64,000 bases of DNA, from NCBI GenBank assembly GCA_019704295.1, contig AP024596.1, positions 1,600,001 to 1,664,000 of the forward strand, in the 5' to 3' direction. The DNA comes from Sulfolobales archaeon HS-7 (GTDB lineage: Archaea > Thermoproteota > Thermoprotei_A > Sulfolobales > Sulfolobaceae). The translations under genes were made by a program, and so were the position numbers. A model generated the notes under the pieces. It saw nothing but the letters and a program-made list of their open reading frames with translations. It searched no databases and had not been told where the DNA came from. Below are positions 1 to 10,649 of this stretch, piece by piece. The stretch's first letter is position 1. The number at the start of each line of letters is the position of its first letter.

Positions 1-198
1 AGTAATAACGGACTTTACGATTTCTCTAACAACGAGGCAATAGGTTTCATAGCGGTAGAGCAACTTTCGAGTAATATTACTGGAATTTCGAATCTAATGA
101 TATTCTTTAATGTTAACGAGGGTAATCCCCAATACCTGCCATCTAATCAGAAGTATACCTCAGGATTTAATATAGGCGTAAACAATACTGTGTCGTGA
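1..198 (+). CDS. 3' end of a gene truncated by the window edge; N/S/G/T-rich, probably a secreted/surface protein
   Basis: Frame 1 is open from base 1 to TGA at 196-198 (SNNGLYDFSNNEAIGFIAVEQ...GVNNTVS*), 4 bp before the next ATG. Confidence 0.55.
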   Translation, partial: SNNGLYDFSNNEAIGFIAVEQLSSNITGISNLMIFFNVNEGNPQYLPSNQKYTSGFNIGVNNTVS

Positions 199-202
199 TG
201 AA

Positions 203-655
203 ATGAAATTAATAATTGCATATGATGACGGGAGAACTCAGGAGTTAGAACCAAAAAAGGTCGAAATTATATCCTCACGGGAGGGAAATATCGCCCACTA
301 CAAAATAGCTACTCGTGGAGAGATTACCATCATATTCCATGCCTTTGTGCCCACCACCGAAATGGTAACCCTTACGCCAAAACTGCCTGATTTAAAAATA
401 GAGGAAAAGATCGATTCCTCAAGGAAATATCAGATGTCAGCCAATGAAATGATAAATGCAGCAAAGAGTCGGATTAGGGGTTCACCCGAGTACAATTGCG
501 TTTACTGCGGAGAACCCGCCTCTAATAGCTATCAAGGAAAGAGAGTGTGTTCTGAATGCTTTTCACAGCTATCATCAAAAGGCGAATCGGAGGAATTCCT
601 TCGCTACGTCAATAGAAAACTTATGAGGAAATTAGTGGGGAATCAACAACGTTAG
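203..655 (+). CDS. Hypothetical protein with C-terminal C4 zinc finger
   Basis: 150 aa; CVYC-x13-CSEC motif. Confidence 0.7.
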   Translation: MKLIIAYDDGRTQELEPKKVEIISSREGNIAHYKIATRGEITIIFHAFVPTTEMVTLTPKLPDLKIEEKIDSSRKYQMSANEMINAAKSRIRGSPEYNCVYCGEPASNSYQGKRVCSECFSQLSSKGESEEFLRYVNRKLMRKLVGNQQR

Positions 656-2698
656 TTGAGAGGGAAGGGAAAAGAAGTGAACCAACTCCGGTCTTAAGAT
701 GATGAAGGCGGTTATTGAGATAGTGGCTGCAGTGAGCGATTCCATGGCTAGACGCGAATCGGCTGCAGTACCGGTAATAGCTCTTGCCAACAAAATACCA
801 AGCAGTAAGGCAGATATCTCGATAAAGACGTAGACTATCTGGTACTCCATAGGGGTAAGGGATTGGAACGTAAACGGTAAGATCGAGCCTGTGGGCAATA
901 ACGAACTCTGGAGCTGATTAGAACCAAATGAACTTAGGACCTGAACTGTTAAAAGTGAGGAAAACGTTAACATTACCGGTGTCAGTATGCCAAGGAAGTT
1001 GTAAACCCTTAGCCTTAGCACGGCCTCTCTTTTGGACTCAGTGTATTCTTCAGTAAAGGAATGAAGTTCCTCTAGGAGCGTGGGAGAGACGTTCCCGCTC
1101 TCGTATAAAAGCTTTAACATAAAGAAAACGAACTTCCCCAACCAGCTTTTCGTGTTTATCTCAAGTTTCGACATTGGAACGCCTCTCTTTAGCTGCTCAG
1201 CGGCGCTCTTTATTACTACTCTGAATTCCGGTTCGTAAGATTCGGAATTACCCTTAGATATTATTGCCCTTCTTAGATCATAGCCAATCCTTCTAAACTC
1301 AGTTACCTCTCTGATGAACATTGGAAGAGAACGTTCAACTCCGTTGATATCCCTTATCTGTCCCCTTATCTGCCAATAAAGTGCCAAGAGTAAGACCATG
1401 GAACCTGCGTAAATCGAGATATATGGATAGTAAGGGAACAACAGATACGTAATCAGAGCTACAGCAAAACCCGCTACTGACGGGAGGAATATATCGTACT
1501 CTATTTTGTCAGGGCTTTTGGGTCTTCCCCCTCTTATAACTACGTGCATGACTATAGCTGAAAGGAAAGGCATGACCAGTAATATCGGTACGCTCTGCGG
1601 ATCCGCGAGGGCTACGAAAACTATGAATAGGGTCGGAACTACTAAGAATAGGATCACTACGGATTCACCTATAGAACCTATTCTTTCCGCGTAAAGCTTC
1701 CACTTCAGGCTTAACCAAGTGGAGAACTCCGCGGCCTTATCATTCAGGTATTTCTCTAAGTCCCCACCCCCAGAGAAGACCGCTAAGTAACCGAAGAGGA
1801 AATCGGAGTACTTCTCCGATATCTTCGCTCTAGCTCTATCTCTTATCGAGTCTGCCATTGATCTACCGAAGGTGTAGAAATCCCGAAGAAAAGCCCTAGA
1901 CTCCATTCTGAGAGCTGAGAACAGGTCCGATTTATTGACCTTTTGAAAGATATAGTTAATAGGTAGACCAGAAGACGACGCTATTGAAACTAGGGACGCG
2001 AAGAAGGGCAACTCGTACTCTATAACCCCCTTTGAACTCGCCACCTTCGACTTTATTTCAATCATGGGATAGAAGAACAGTATAATGGGAATAAGGATTA
2101 TAACGACGTAGAGAATTATGAAAATCGGTTGGGGGAAAAAGTTAAGGTTAAACCTAGGTAAGAGGTAATTGGTAATGCCGAATAATAACGCTATTAGCGT
2201 AATACTTATGGGAATGTAATCTATTCCCCTTGCAGCGTAATCCATTACTCTGAACACCGCATTATCATACCCTCCTATTACGGAGAGATCCCCCTGTACT
2301 CTCGTTACGTACCAGTTGACAATTCTCTTAAACCTGTCATTACCCAGAAATACCTTTACCACCTTTACGGATAAAATACCGTGCATCGAGTTAAGCTGTT
2401 GATATATTGACATCTTGGTTTTAGAGAGGTTAAAGTAAGAGGCTATAACCTCGTACGCAATTAAACCTATGAAAGCGGCAACCAGGGAGAACCCTATAGC
2501 CAAAGAGTATACTTGATTGTGAACCAATCCGTCAAGAAACACATCAACCGGAATAAGAAACAGCCCAAGTACGATGTCAACAACTGCAAACAGTACCAAC
2601 CTAACAGTATCCCTGTTCTTTACGAAAATTATAGAGTAGAGTAGAAAGAGGAGTGCTGGATCCTTCCCCTCCCTTGCCTTATCACTCAATCTATCCAC
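632..2698 (-). CDS. Type IV pilus/T2SS-F family membrane platform protein (TadC/ArlJ-like)
   Basis: 688 aa, polytopic; two repeats of the T2SSF-type signature (IEYELPFFAS..., VERSLPMFIRE...); overlaps the ATPase stop. Confidence 0.85.
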   Translation of the reverse strand: MDRLSDKAREGKDPALLFLLYSIIFVKNRDTVRLVLFAVVDIVLGLFLIPVDVFLDGLVHNQVYSLAIGFSLVAAFIGLIAYEVIASYFNLSKTKMSIYQQLNSMHGILSVKVVKVFLGNDRFKRIVNWYVTRVQGDLSVIGGYDNAVFRVMDYAARGIDYIPISITLIALLFGITNYLLPRFNLNFFPQPIFIILYVVIILIPIILFFYPMIEIKSKVASSKGVIEYELPFFASLVSIASSSGLPINYIFQKVNKSDLFSALRMESRAFLRDFYTFGRSMADSIRDRARAKISEKYSDFLFGYLAVFSGGGDLEKYLNDKAAEFSTWLSLKWKLYAERIGSIGESVVILFLVVPTLFIVFVALADPQSVPILLVMPFLSAIVMHVVIRGGRPKSPDKIEYDIFLPSVAGFAVALITYLLFPYYPYISIYAGSMVLLLALYWQIRGQIRDINGVERSLPMFIREVTEFRRIGYDLRRAIISKGNSESYEPEFRVVIKSAAEQLKRGVPMSKLEINTKSWLGKFVFFMLKLLYESGNVSPTLLEELHSFTEEYTESKREAVLRLRVYNFLGILTPVMLTFSSLLTVQVLSSFGSNQLQSSLLPTGSILPFTFQSLTPMEYQIVYVFIEISALLLGILLARAITGTAADSRLAMESLTAATISITAFIILRPELVHFFSLPSQLTLLIPH

Positions 2699-4289
2699 CC
2701 CTGGAAATTATCGAGTCCAGTCTCTCAGGTTCAAGGTAGTACATTCTTAGATAAGTTGCCAGTTCCTGGTAATCCCTTATATTCATCCTAACTAAACTGT
2801 TGATAACCTTTTCCCTTTTCCTTACCTCTAATTCCAGTCTCGAATTACTCCATGCTAAGTACCTTGCCGCATCCTGGAGTTGATGGGAATTCCTCAAAAG
2901 GTAGGTCAAATCGGATGGAGAAGTCTCGTCCGTCATCGGATCGTAATCGAAAACTTTAGAAAATTCCTTGGAACCGCTTGTAGCCAACCTGTTCTCCCAT
3001 ATCCCGATCACTCTCCTGTACTGTTCCCTTGTCGCCAGATCGCTAAGCTTATTTACCGAGACTATAGCAGCTAATAGTTGTTCGAACTCTATCGCTAGGA
3101 TCTCAGGAAGTAATCCCAAAATCCTCAGTTTTACCTCCTCCGGGGAGACGCCGTGAAAAGTGGTTAACCCTCCATGACCCAGAGCGGATGCCTGTACGAG
3201 GTTCGATATTTCCGAACCCCTGACTTCTCCGACTATTATGTAATCGGGCCTGAACCTGAGGGAAGTTTTAAGGAGATCCTCCATCTTTATTTCCTTACCC
3301 GTCACGAATGAAGTGGTTCTGGTAAACAGTCTATTCCAGTATTGATGGGGTAACAGGAGTTCAGGTGTGTCCTCTATCGTTAATATTTTAGCGCTTGGAT
3401 GAAGGAGGGTTAACAGGGCATTTAGGACGGTTGTCTTTCCAGAGCCCGTTGGTCCTACGATTAGCATGAACTTCTTAGCTTCTGCGAGAATCCAAAGGTA
3501 GACCACCTCCGGTACAGTGATCATTTTGGAATTGATCAGATCTATTACGGTAAAGGGCTTTTCCGGATGTTTCCTGATATCTAACGTAGAACCCGGAAGG
3601 GAGACTTCGGAACCGTATATCATTGCGACCCTGTGACCCTCCTTTAAGATGGCGTCCTGGATTGGGTTAGCCAAGCTTATAGATTTTCCGGACCTTTCAG
3701 TGATCTTTTCAATTAAATCCCTTACCTCCTCCTCATTTTTGAACCTTATATTAGTATCCAGCCTTAGAAATTTAGTATAAAGTTTATGGACTACGGTAAC
3801 GGGCTTATTGAATCCCGTTAACTCGATGTCCTCTATCAACTTGTCGTAAACAGGAGGCGTTAGGGCCGAGTAGGACATCTCCCTCACTACGTAGTAAAGT
3901 ATCCTGTCAACCCTACTCGGGTTATTCTCTACCTCTAAATTTTCGGCAATTTTCACTATGTAATCCCTTATGAAGTCCTTGAACATTAAGGGAGTTCCCA
4001 TGTTCTCAGGATCTTCTGAGACGGGAAGAGAAGTGTACATGTAACGTAAAACCTGTCTGATGAATTCCAGATCCTCCGGGGTTATTTTAGGTTCGGATAT
4101 AACGTAATATCCCTTTCCGTTACTCTCCATTACGCTTACCTTTACCTGGGAAAGTAATGGATCGGCCTCCCCAAGATCGTATGAGGTTAACACTGAAGCA
4201 CCTGTAGGACCAGGTTCTAATTCAATAAATGAAAGTCCAAAGGTATCCCCTTTATTATTCTTTCTGGTCGCTTTGCCTGGCATTTTCAT
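2691..4289 (-). CDS. Type IV pilus assembly ATPase (TadA/ArlI/VirB11 family)
   Basis: Walker A GPTGSGKT, Asp-box TIEDTPEL, RFRPDYIIVGEVRG Walker B, GHGGLTTFH His-box. Confidence 0.93.
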   Translation of the reverse strand: MKMPGKATRKNNKGDTFGLSFIELEPGPTGASVLTSYDLGEADPLLSQVKVSVMESNGKGYYVISEPKITPEDLEFIRQVLRYMYTSLPVSEDPENMGTPLMFKDFIRDYIVKIAENLEVENNPSRVDRILYYVVREMSYSALTPPVYDKLIEDIELTGFNKPVTVVHKLYTKFLRLDTNIRFKNEEEVRDLIEKITERSGKSISLANPIQDAILKEGHRVAMIYGSEVSLPGSTLDIRKHPEKPFTVIDLINSKMITVPEVVYLWILAEAKKFMLIVGPTGSGKTTVLNALLTLLHPSAKILTIEDTPELLLPHQYWNRLFTRTTSFVTGKEIKMEDLLKTSLRFRPDYIIVGEVRGSEISNLVQASALGHGGLTTFHGVSPEEVKLRILGLLPEILAIEFEQLLAAIVSVNKLSDLATREQYRRVIGIWENRLATSGSKEFSKVFDYDPMTDETSPSDLTYLLRNSHQLQDAARYLAWSNSRLELEVRKREKVINSLVRMNIRDYQELATYLRMYYLEPERLDSIISRGG

Positions 4290-4326
4290 TAAAATTTATT
4301 AATGAATCTCCCCTATTTAAACATAT
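4290..4326. promoter_or_regulatory. Compact bidirectional promoter between the ATPase and pilin operons
   Basis: 37-bp gap; TTTATTAA (4295-4302, +) and TTTAAATA (4314-4321, -) each lie about 25-32 bp upstream of the respective ATG. Confidence 0.6.
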
Positions 4327-4845
4327 ATGAAAGGAGTATCAGAGATTATAGGAACGGTATTACTTATAATGATAACCCTGGCAGCCTTAGCCTTCGTGGT
4401 TGTTTACTTTTACGGGAGGTTCAGCAGAGATAACGCAGGGTTAACGATACAAAGTAATCAGATCATATCCCAGGCAGGTTCAACACTCGATTTGGTATAT
4501 AGCTATCAAAACTCGTCGGAGCGCTACGGGACCATCAAAAGCGATTGGATCTTTTACATAGAGGATACAGGAGAGTATCCCTTAACGATAAGCGGGATAT
4601 GTTGGATTAACGGTGGAAAACAAGTAATTAACATTAATACTGTTGTCGAAATTGCCAACTCCACAAAACCAGATATTTACGAGAGTTTTCCATCTAAAGG
4701 TCTCACCTTAACCCCCCACGTCGTCTACTGGATAGTAGTTACTAACGCTACACCTCCTTTTCCTCCTTATTTTCCCATCCCCTGTATGATTGACTTCAAC
4801 GGAGTGATAATAATTCACACAAATGGGGAGTTCATTGAGGTGTGA
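4327..4845 (+). CDS. Archaeal type IV pilin (class III signal peptide)
   Basis: MKG|VSEIIGTVLLIMIT PibD-type cleavage site followed by a hydrophobic helix. Confidence 0.88.
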   Translation: MKGVSEIIGTVLLIMITLAALAFVVVYFYGRFSRDNAGLTIQSNQIISQAGSTLDLVYSYQNSSERYGTIKSDWIFYIEDTGEYPLTISGICWINGGKQVININTVVEIANSTKPDIYESFPSKGLTLTPHVVYWIVVTNATPPFPPYFPIPCMIDFNGVIIIHTNGEFIEV

Positions 4846-5279
4846 TTATGCGTAACTCCAGGGGACAGTCATCAATAATAGTAATGATAGCCATAATAGC
4901 AATATTCTTTCTATTCCTTTCGTCAATTAGCTACTACGAGTACGAGTTCTCACAAATAGGAAACGCCTATAAGAACTCCCTCCAGCTACAACTGGATAAA
5001 TCGAAGGAAGCACTCGAAGTGCAAGTTTTCAACGAATCGACTTCTCAAACGAATTGCCATTACAAGATCGTAATAACCAACATCGGCACTATAGGCTCGT
5101 GTATAATAGGGATCTATGCGATTTACAACCAGAGTAGTTACGTTACACAGGAATACGCCAATCCCACCTTTCTACCCGTTAATCAATCGGAAGAACTCCG
5201 CATTACCCTCAATCAAAACGGAGTTACTGCTTTCTTCTTAGTTACCGCATATGGTAACGCCTTCATATCTCCGGCATAG
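4842..5279 (+). CDS. Archaeal type IV pilin-like protein
   Basis: SRG|QSSIIVMIAII class III signal; ITNIG core; GTGA overlap with the upstream pilin. Confidence 0.8.
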   Translation: MIMRNSRGQSSIIVMIAIIAIFFLFLSSISYYEYEFSQIGNAYKNSLQLQLDKSKEALEVQVFNESTSQTNCHYKIVITNIGTIGSCIIGIYAIYNQSSYVTQEYANPTFLPVNQSEELRITLNQNGVTAFFLVTAYGNAFISPA

Positions 5280-5356
5280 TCTGGAAAACATTTTTAGTTA
5301 TTCTAGAAGCGACCTCTAAAAAACCCCAAAACGTTTTTATATAAGTTTTGTAAAAC

Positions 5357-5833
5357 ATGTCATTAATGATAAGGTATAAGTCAGAAAATAGGAGGAAAAA
5401 AGGATTAGAAAACATTTTAGGAGCGATAATGCTGCTACTAATAGTTGTGGTAGCAGCTGCGTTTCTTGGATATTACGTGTTCAGATTAATAGGTTCACAC
5501 ACGGAGAATACAGGTGTGCGTATTATCAGCGTTTCACCGTTAGACTATCAGGGTTCTGCCTATTACTTAATAGTCGGTGTACAGAACACTGGAGGTACCA
5601 ATGAAACGATTACCGTTCGCGAGTTCGCCGGCTCGATTACGGGCATTAATAGTAATTCAACTTCTGGTGTCTATAAATATGGTATTACGCCAGGGGCAGA
5701 AACGTTAATATGGTTAAGCTTAGGTTCCGGCATCCCAATAGGTACGACCATCACAGTTCAAGCATCCGCAAGCACTGGAGCAAACCAAGCCGCTTCTGGT
5801 GCGTCGGAATCTGTAAGCTATACAATACAGTGA
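5357..5833 (+). CDS. Archaeal type IV pilin-like protein
   Basis: RRKKG|LENILGAIMLLL class III signal; VQNTG core. Confidence 0.85.
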   Translation: MSLMIRYKSENRRKKGLENILGAIMLLLIVVVAAAFLGYYVFRLIGSHTENTGVRIISVSPLDYQGSAYYLIVGVQNTGGTNETITVREFAGSITGINSNSTSGVYKYGITPGAETLIWLSLGSGIPIGTTITVQASASTGANQAASGASESVSYTIQ

Positions 5834-6475
5834 GATATATAGAACATGTTACGGCTGTGTTATAGAAGTTTATACCTTCTTTTTTCACTTCTCTCATACA
5901 TATTTTGAGGATCGTCACTTCGATTAAGTTTTACCTCATTCTCACATAACCCTATGTTTACCTCTTACAAAGAAAACACTTCTAACGTAAATCTCATTTT
6001 TACGTGATTTGCGTTCCCCGCGATTGTAGCGATTAACTTAACCATTTCCCAATCGAAATTGATCAAATTGTACAACCTTACATCCCTCCCAGATATAGGA
6101 TTCTTATATAATATGTAAAAAACGATATGAGTTTAGAGAACCACTGCGTTATATATCCTTGAACTCTAAAGATCAATATTTTCCCCTTTGTTAATAACCG
6201 TTTCAAGGAATGATTCTGTAGGAGGAAATCGCATCCTTAGAATTGTGAAGAACTGTGACACAGGAATAAGGATGGCAGGGAAGAAGTGTTGAAACGGGGA
6301 TGTAGATTAATTGAGGGCGTAGGACGGAATTTATTCTTCTCAATAACGTATTGAGAAGATAATCATTCTCTCTTTGCAGGATGACTGACGTTAAATACCC
6401 TCATCCAAATCGGAGTAGTCATTGAAAGGCCAACCTGTATAGGAGAGTCTAATTATCAAGGAATTAAATATCCCC

Positions 6476-7582
6476 TTAAGTGAGGAAACCGTCTAGGAGA
6501 GCGAAAACCTTTCTTCTAAAAGTCTCGTAGGAGAACTCCCTGGCACGATTCAGTGATTTCTGGCTAAGAATTGAGAACTTCTCCTCGTCTATAATGATAT
6601 TCATGATTTCTTTTGCCGCCTCCTCTGTTGTGTTATAAAGAACGCCGTATTTCCCTCCATCGGAAATGTCAATCAAGGAACCAGTTGCGTTGTACATTAC
6701 GGGGACGGCACCAACAGACATGGCCTCTGCAACCCCTAGTCCAAAATTATCGTTTCTCATACAATGTAAAACGACTTTTGCGTGACTTACTATCTCCAAT
6801 TTTTCCCTTTCAGGGACATCAGTTAATAGTTCTACATCTTCTCCTGCCATGTTTTTGAGTTTTTCAAAGTATTCCTTAGAGGACCTAACTTTGTCTAGAC
6901 CTCCTATTATCTTAAACTGAACTTCCTTATTTTTCTCTCGGACCAATTTAGCTATGTTAATGAACTCGTCCCAATGTTTAGGTTCAACATACTTCCCTAT
7001 ACCTACTACGAGTTCCTCCTTCTCTCCAACCACAGGTTTCCAGAATACGTCCACGGGTGGATATATAACAGAGCATTCGTAGTTATATTCATTCCTAATG
7101 AAGTCCCTAATATAAGAAGAACTACAGACGAGCCCCTTGGAGTTGGCTGATCTTTGTATTAAACTCTCGACTACATTTGCATAAACTCTATTCAAACCTG
7201 ATCTCCTATTGACTATGTCATTCCTAGACATTAATGCCGTCGGCGGATATATTATATATGAAATGTCTAAGCCAACTGGAACGTCTACGTAATAGAGGTT
7301 AATGGAAATGTCGAATCTCCCCAAAACCTTCTTGGCATTTAACATGATGTAATCTAATGGACCAGAAACTAAAGGACCTGTCAGAATGGGCACTGATGAA
7401 CTCTTTACGCCCTTAACTGCATCCACCATATCCTGAACTTGTGGCAATTTTCCTAAGTTGGGCGTAACTGAAACTATTTCTGAAATACCGTACTCTCTCA
7501 TGGCTTTAATAAACGCTGTCGCAGTCTTTGCCTCACTGTTGAATAAAAGAGGAGGTAAGACTACCAGCGATTTGAAATTCAT
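6476..7582 (-). CDS. Glycosyltransferase family 4 (GT-B)
   Basis: VIYPPVD, IGKYVEPK and DNFGLGVAEAMSVG motifs. Confidence 0.85.
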   Translation of the reverse strand: MNFKSLVVLPPLLFNSEAKTATAFIKAMREYGISEIVSVTPNLGKLPQVQDMVDAVKGVKSSSVPILTGPLVSGPLDYIMLNAKKVLGRFDISINLYYVDVPVGLDISYIIYPPTALMSRNDIVNRRSGLNRVYANVVESLIQRSANSKGLVCSSSYIRDFIRNEYNYECSVIYPPVDVFWKPVVGEKEELVVGIGKYVEPKHWDEFINIAKLVREKNKEVQFKIIGGLDKVRSSKEYFEKLKNMAGEDVELLTDVPEREKLEIVSHAKVVLHCMRNDNFGLGVAEAMSVGAVPVMYNATGSLIDISDGGKYGVLYNTTEEAAKEIMNIIIDEEKFSILSQKSLNRAREFSYETFRRKVFALLDGFLT

Positions 7583-7955
7583 TACTTCTCACAATGTTAT
7601 AGTGAGGAAGCCTATAAATCTTCATATAGGTAATTAGGCTCCCCTTATGAACTTGGTTTGGAAAGTCTCGATTAGCTTAAGAGAAGCAGTCGTTAGACAA
7701 TTCTGGTCTCATCATGAATTTACTTCGAACGTTCTTATCGGTTAGCTACGTGTAAGACCACTACTAGGGCAAAAGGGATAGTAATTATCCGATTAAGGTA
7801 ATTCTTCGTATTTACTATTATTAAATTTCCAAAATACGAATTAAGCACTGCAGACACTTTTATATATTCATTTAATTTTATTAGCAATAAATTTACTGTA
7901 ATATTTTTATCTAATATGAATAGATTTTTATACTACAGAGTCTATATTACTCCTA

Positions 7956-8987
7956 GTGAAACCGAAAGTATCAATTCTTGTGGTTCATTTCAATTCGATG
8001 AAAATTAGCGAAATAGTAGAAAAACATATCAAAGCCCTTTCTAACTTAAACTACCCAGAATATGAAGTGGTTGTGGTTGATAACGGTTCTACAGACTCCA
8101 CATTAAAATTTCTAAGGGAGAGAATCTCCGATTCTAAGTTCAAAGTAGTCAGATCCGATGTCAATACTTACTTTGGCGGTGGAAACAACGTTGCCTTTAG
8201 GCATGCGTCTAAGGATTCAAAATACTTTTTCTTGGTGAACCCTGACGCTATACCTAATCCTGACTCAGCCGATATATTGGTTGAACTCATGGAAAGCGAA
8301 CCAAAGCTTGGCGCCATACAGGGCAAGTTCAGAACTGATAAAGGAAGAATTGATACGGGGAGGTTCATTGCAGACGATGGAAACGTTATAAGACTACATA
8401 CCACCAACCTAGACCCGAATAAGGAGAGCATGGTAACGTATGTATCTGGAGCCATGATGATGCTCAGGGGCGAGGTACCCAGGGCTCGCGGTTACATCTT
8501 CCATGAAGTGCCGTTTCTCTACTTCGACTCCAGCGTACTTGGCATGGAACTTTATCATGAGGGGTATGAGGTTAAGTACTTTCCTTATGAAACGGGATAT
8601 CACAAGGGAAAAGGAACTACAGGGGATAACGTGAGTGAAACCCATATACATATATCGAGATTCATGTTCATGATGGTAACTAATTCCAAGTTCAGGAGAT
8701 ATCTGGAAATGTATTTCATCTCCAACTATGCTAAGGAAAATCTGAGGAAATTTATGGGGAAAAAGTTAGCTTCCCCAAGGAATTACTTAATGGCGTATAG
8801 ATTAGCACGCAAATACAGCAAAGAGTTTCCCGTTAAACTTAATATATACGGTATTCCTCACGCTGAATTCCCTTACAAAAACTTCTTTGTTGATATCGTT
8901 TCAGCTAAACTCAGGAAGAGATTTGTTAATGATAGCTACAAGATAGTAATACCACAAGGAAGTAAAGGCACTTCCCTCAATGGTTAA
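7956..8987 (+). CDS. Glycosyltransferase family 2
   Basis: VVVVDNGSTD, FGGGNN and LVNPDA (DXD-like) motifs. Confidence 0.88.
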   Translation: MKPKVSILVVHFNSMKISEIVEKHIKALSNLNYPEYEVVVVDNGSTDSTLKFLRERISDSKFKVVRSDVNTYFGGGNNVAFRHASKDSKYFFLVNPDAIPNPDSADILVELMESEPKLGAIQGKFRTDKGRIDTGRFIADDGNVIRLHTTNLDPNKESMVTYVSGAMMMLRGEVPRARGYIFHEVPFLYFDSSVLGMELYHEGYEVKYFPYETGYHKGKGTTGDNVSETHIHISRFMFMMVTNSKFRRYLEMYFISNYAKENLRKFMGKKLASPRNYLMAYRLARKYSKEFPVKLNIYGIPHAEFPYKNFFVDIVSAKLRKRFVNDSYKIVIPQGSKGTSLNG

Positions 8988-9550
8988 AGTGCGCTTCTTT
9001 GAACTCTAAACATCAACGTCCTTTTACGTTAACCGTGCCAAGGAATGAACCCTGAGAAGGTAAAATTGAGTACTGTCCTTTTAGAGAGTGTAGTTAAACC
9101 TGCTCAACCCATTCATTCTTTGACCTTTGAGTTATACATAAGACTTCCCATATATTTCCGAAGACTCCGTACAAAAAAGAGGGCTGCGATTATACCTTAG
9201 GTAATACAAAAAGTCTCCTTTCTAAATCTCCATAACAGTCGTACCTCGTCCCGCTCTGAAGAGTTAAATTTAATTCCTCTTAATCAGAAGAAATTCAATA
9301 CTCCTAAAGAGGAAAGCAGTGGATTAATCTTCATTGGTCTCTAGCCTATGGAGTGGTATGCTCCGAAAGATCTAAAAAGGAGGTAAAACATATAGGTATA
9401 ACTTTCACAATTTCATCGTCTTCAAATTTCACGTAACTTGATTAATACTTTTTAAAAGTATTTACTAAAATTAATAATATTAAATTATTAAATATAAAAT
9501 AAAATTCTCTAAAAGCGATTACGGATGAGAATGGGATTCAGAGTATTACG

Positions 9551-10462
9551 TTAATAAGGTTTTACGTTTCTGAGTACGTCGTCCGTGGCCTTCGTTATAT
9601 CCTCGCTCGAACTGTAGTTCACTTTCACGCCTGCTTCTAGCATCTTCCTTATGTCGAGGAGCATCTCCCTAACGTCCCCTTTCCACCCCCTGCCCTCTCC
9701 CGCATCCCTGAACTTATGTTGAGGGTTTAGCCCCATTTCCCCCTCTACAATTGAGGCTATCTCCTTAACCGTTACCCAATCGGAATTGCCCAAATTGTAA
9801 ACCTCGCATTTCCCAGTTACTTTAGCTAAGTGGATCATGGCGTCAATGACGTCCGAAATGTAGATGTAGCTTTTCCTCTGTTCCCCATTTCCCAGTATCT
9901 CCAAGGTGGTGGGATCCCTCATGAGCTTCTTGATGAAGTCGGGTACGATTCCGTGGGTTTGCCTGCTTCCCCCAACAACGTTAGCCAACCTGAGAATTAC
10001 GGTCCTTATCCCGTAAACCCTACTGTAGAATTGGAAGATCTCCTCCGCCATGAGCTTGTAAACTCCGTAGTAGGAGATAGGAGAGGTGCTTGATTCCTCT
10101 GGTGTAGGGATTACCCTTGTCTCCCCGTAAACTGTTGAGGAGGAGGTGAAGATCACCTCCTCGCAGTCGCTTTTCCTGCAGATCTCCGCGACGTTAAGTG
10201 AGGCTCTTACGTCCTGATCGAAGTGCTCCCCAACGCTCTCCATTGAAGTCCTTACGTCCGGATTAGCCGCCAGGTGGTATAGAGTACACCCCTTTTCTAA
10301 CTTGATATCGCTCGTAAGCCTTAAGTCCTCCACAAGGTAAGTTGCCCCTTCTACCTTGAAATTTCCCGACGAGAAGTTATCCACGACAAGGGGTTTCTCC
10401 TTTATCAGCCTCTCGGTAAGGTAGGAACCTATGTAGCCTGCTCCCCCAGTTATAACTACCAT
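9551..10462 (-). CDS. NAD-dependent epimerase/dehydratase (UDP-glucose 4-epimerase-like)
   Basis: TGGAGYIG, SSSTVYG and YGVYK motifs. Confidence 0.88.
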   Translation of the reverse strand: MVVITGGAGYIGSYLTERLIKEKPLVVDNFSSGNFKVEGATYLVEDLRLTSDIKLEKGCTLYHLAANPDVRTSMESVGEHFDQDVRASLNVAEICRKSDCEEVIFTSSSTVYGETRVIPTPEESSTSPISYYGVYKLMAEEIFQFYSRVYGIRTVILRLANVVGGSRQTHGIVPDFIKKLMRDPTTLEILGNGEQRKSYIYISDVIDAMIHLAKVTGKCEVYNLGNSDWVTVKEIASIVEGEMGLNPQHKFRDAGEGRGWKGDVREMLLDIRKMLEAGVKVNYSSSEDITKATDDVLRNVKPY

Positions 10463-10649
10463 GAGATCTGAGATGCCGTGAAGTATTAATGTCTTGTGAA
10501 ATTAACCCTCGCTACTTCTATACGTCTTTAGGTATTTCTTATTTCGTTCAACTTCAGTTGTTAAAGAAGTGTTTTGCGTTAATTTCTATAACAGTAACAG
10601 CAGTAGATACTCTCTCTTTTTTAATCACGGGAGTGGACAATTCATGTTA

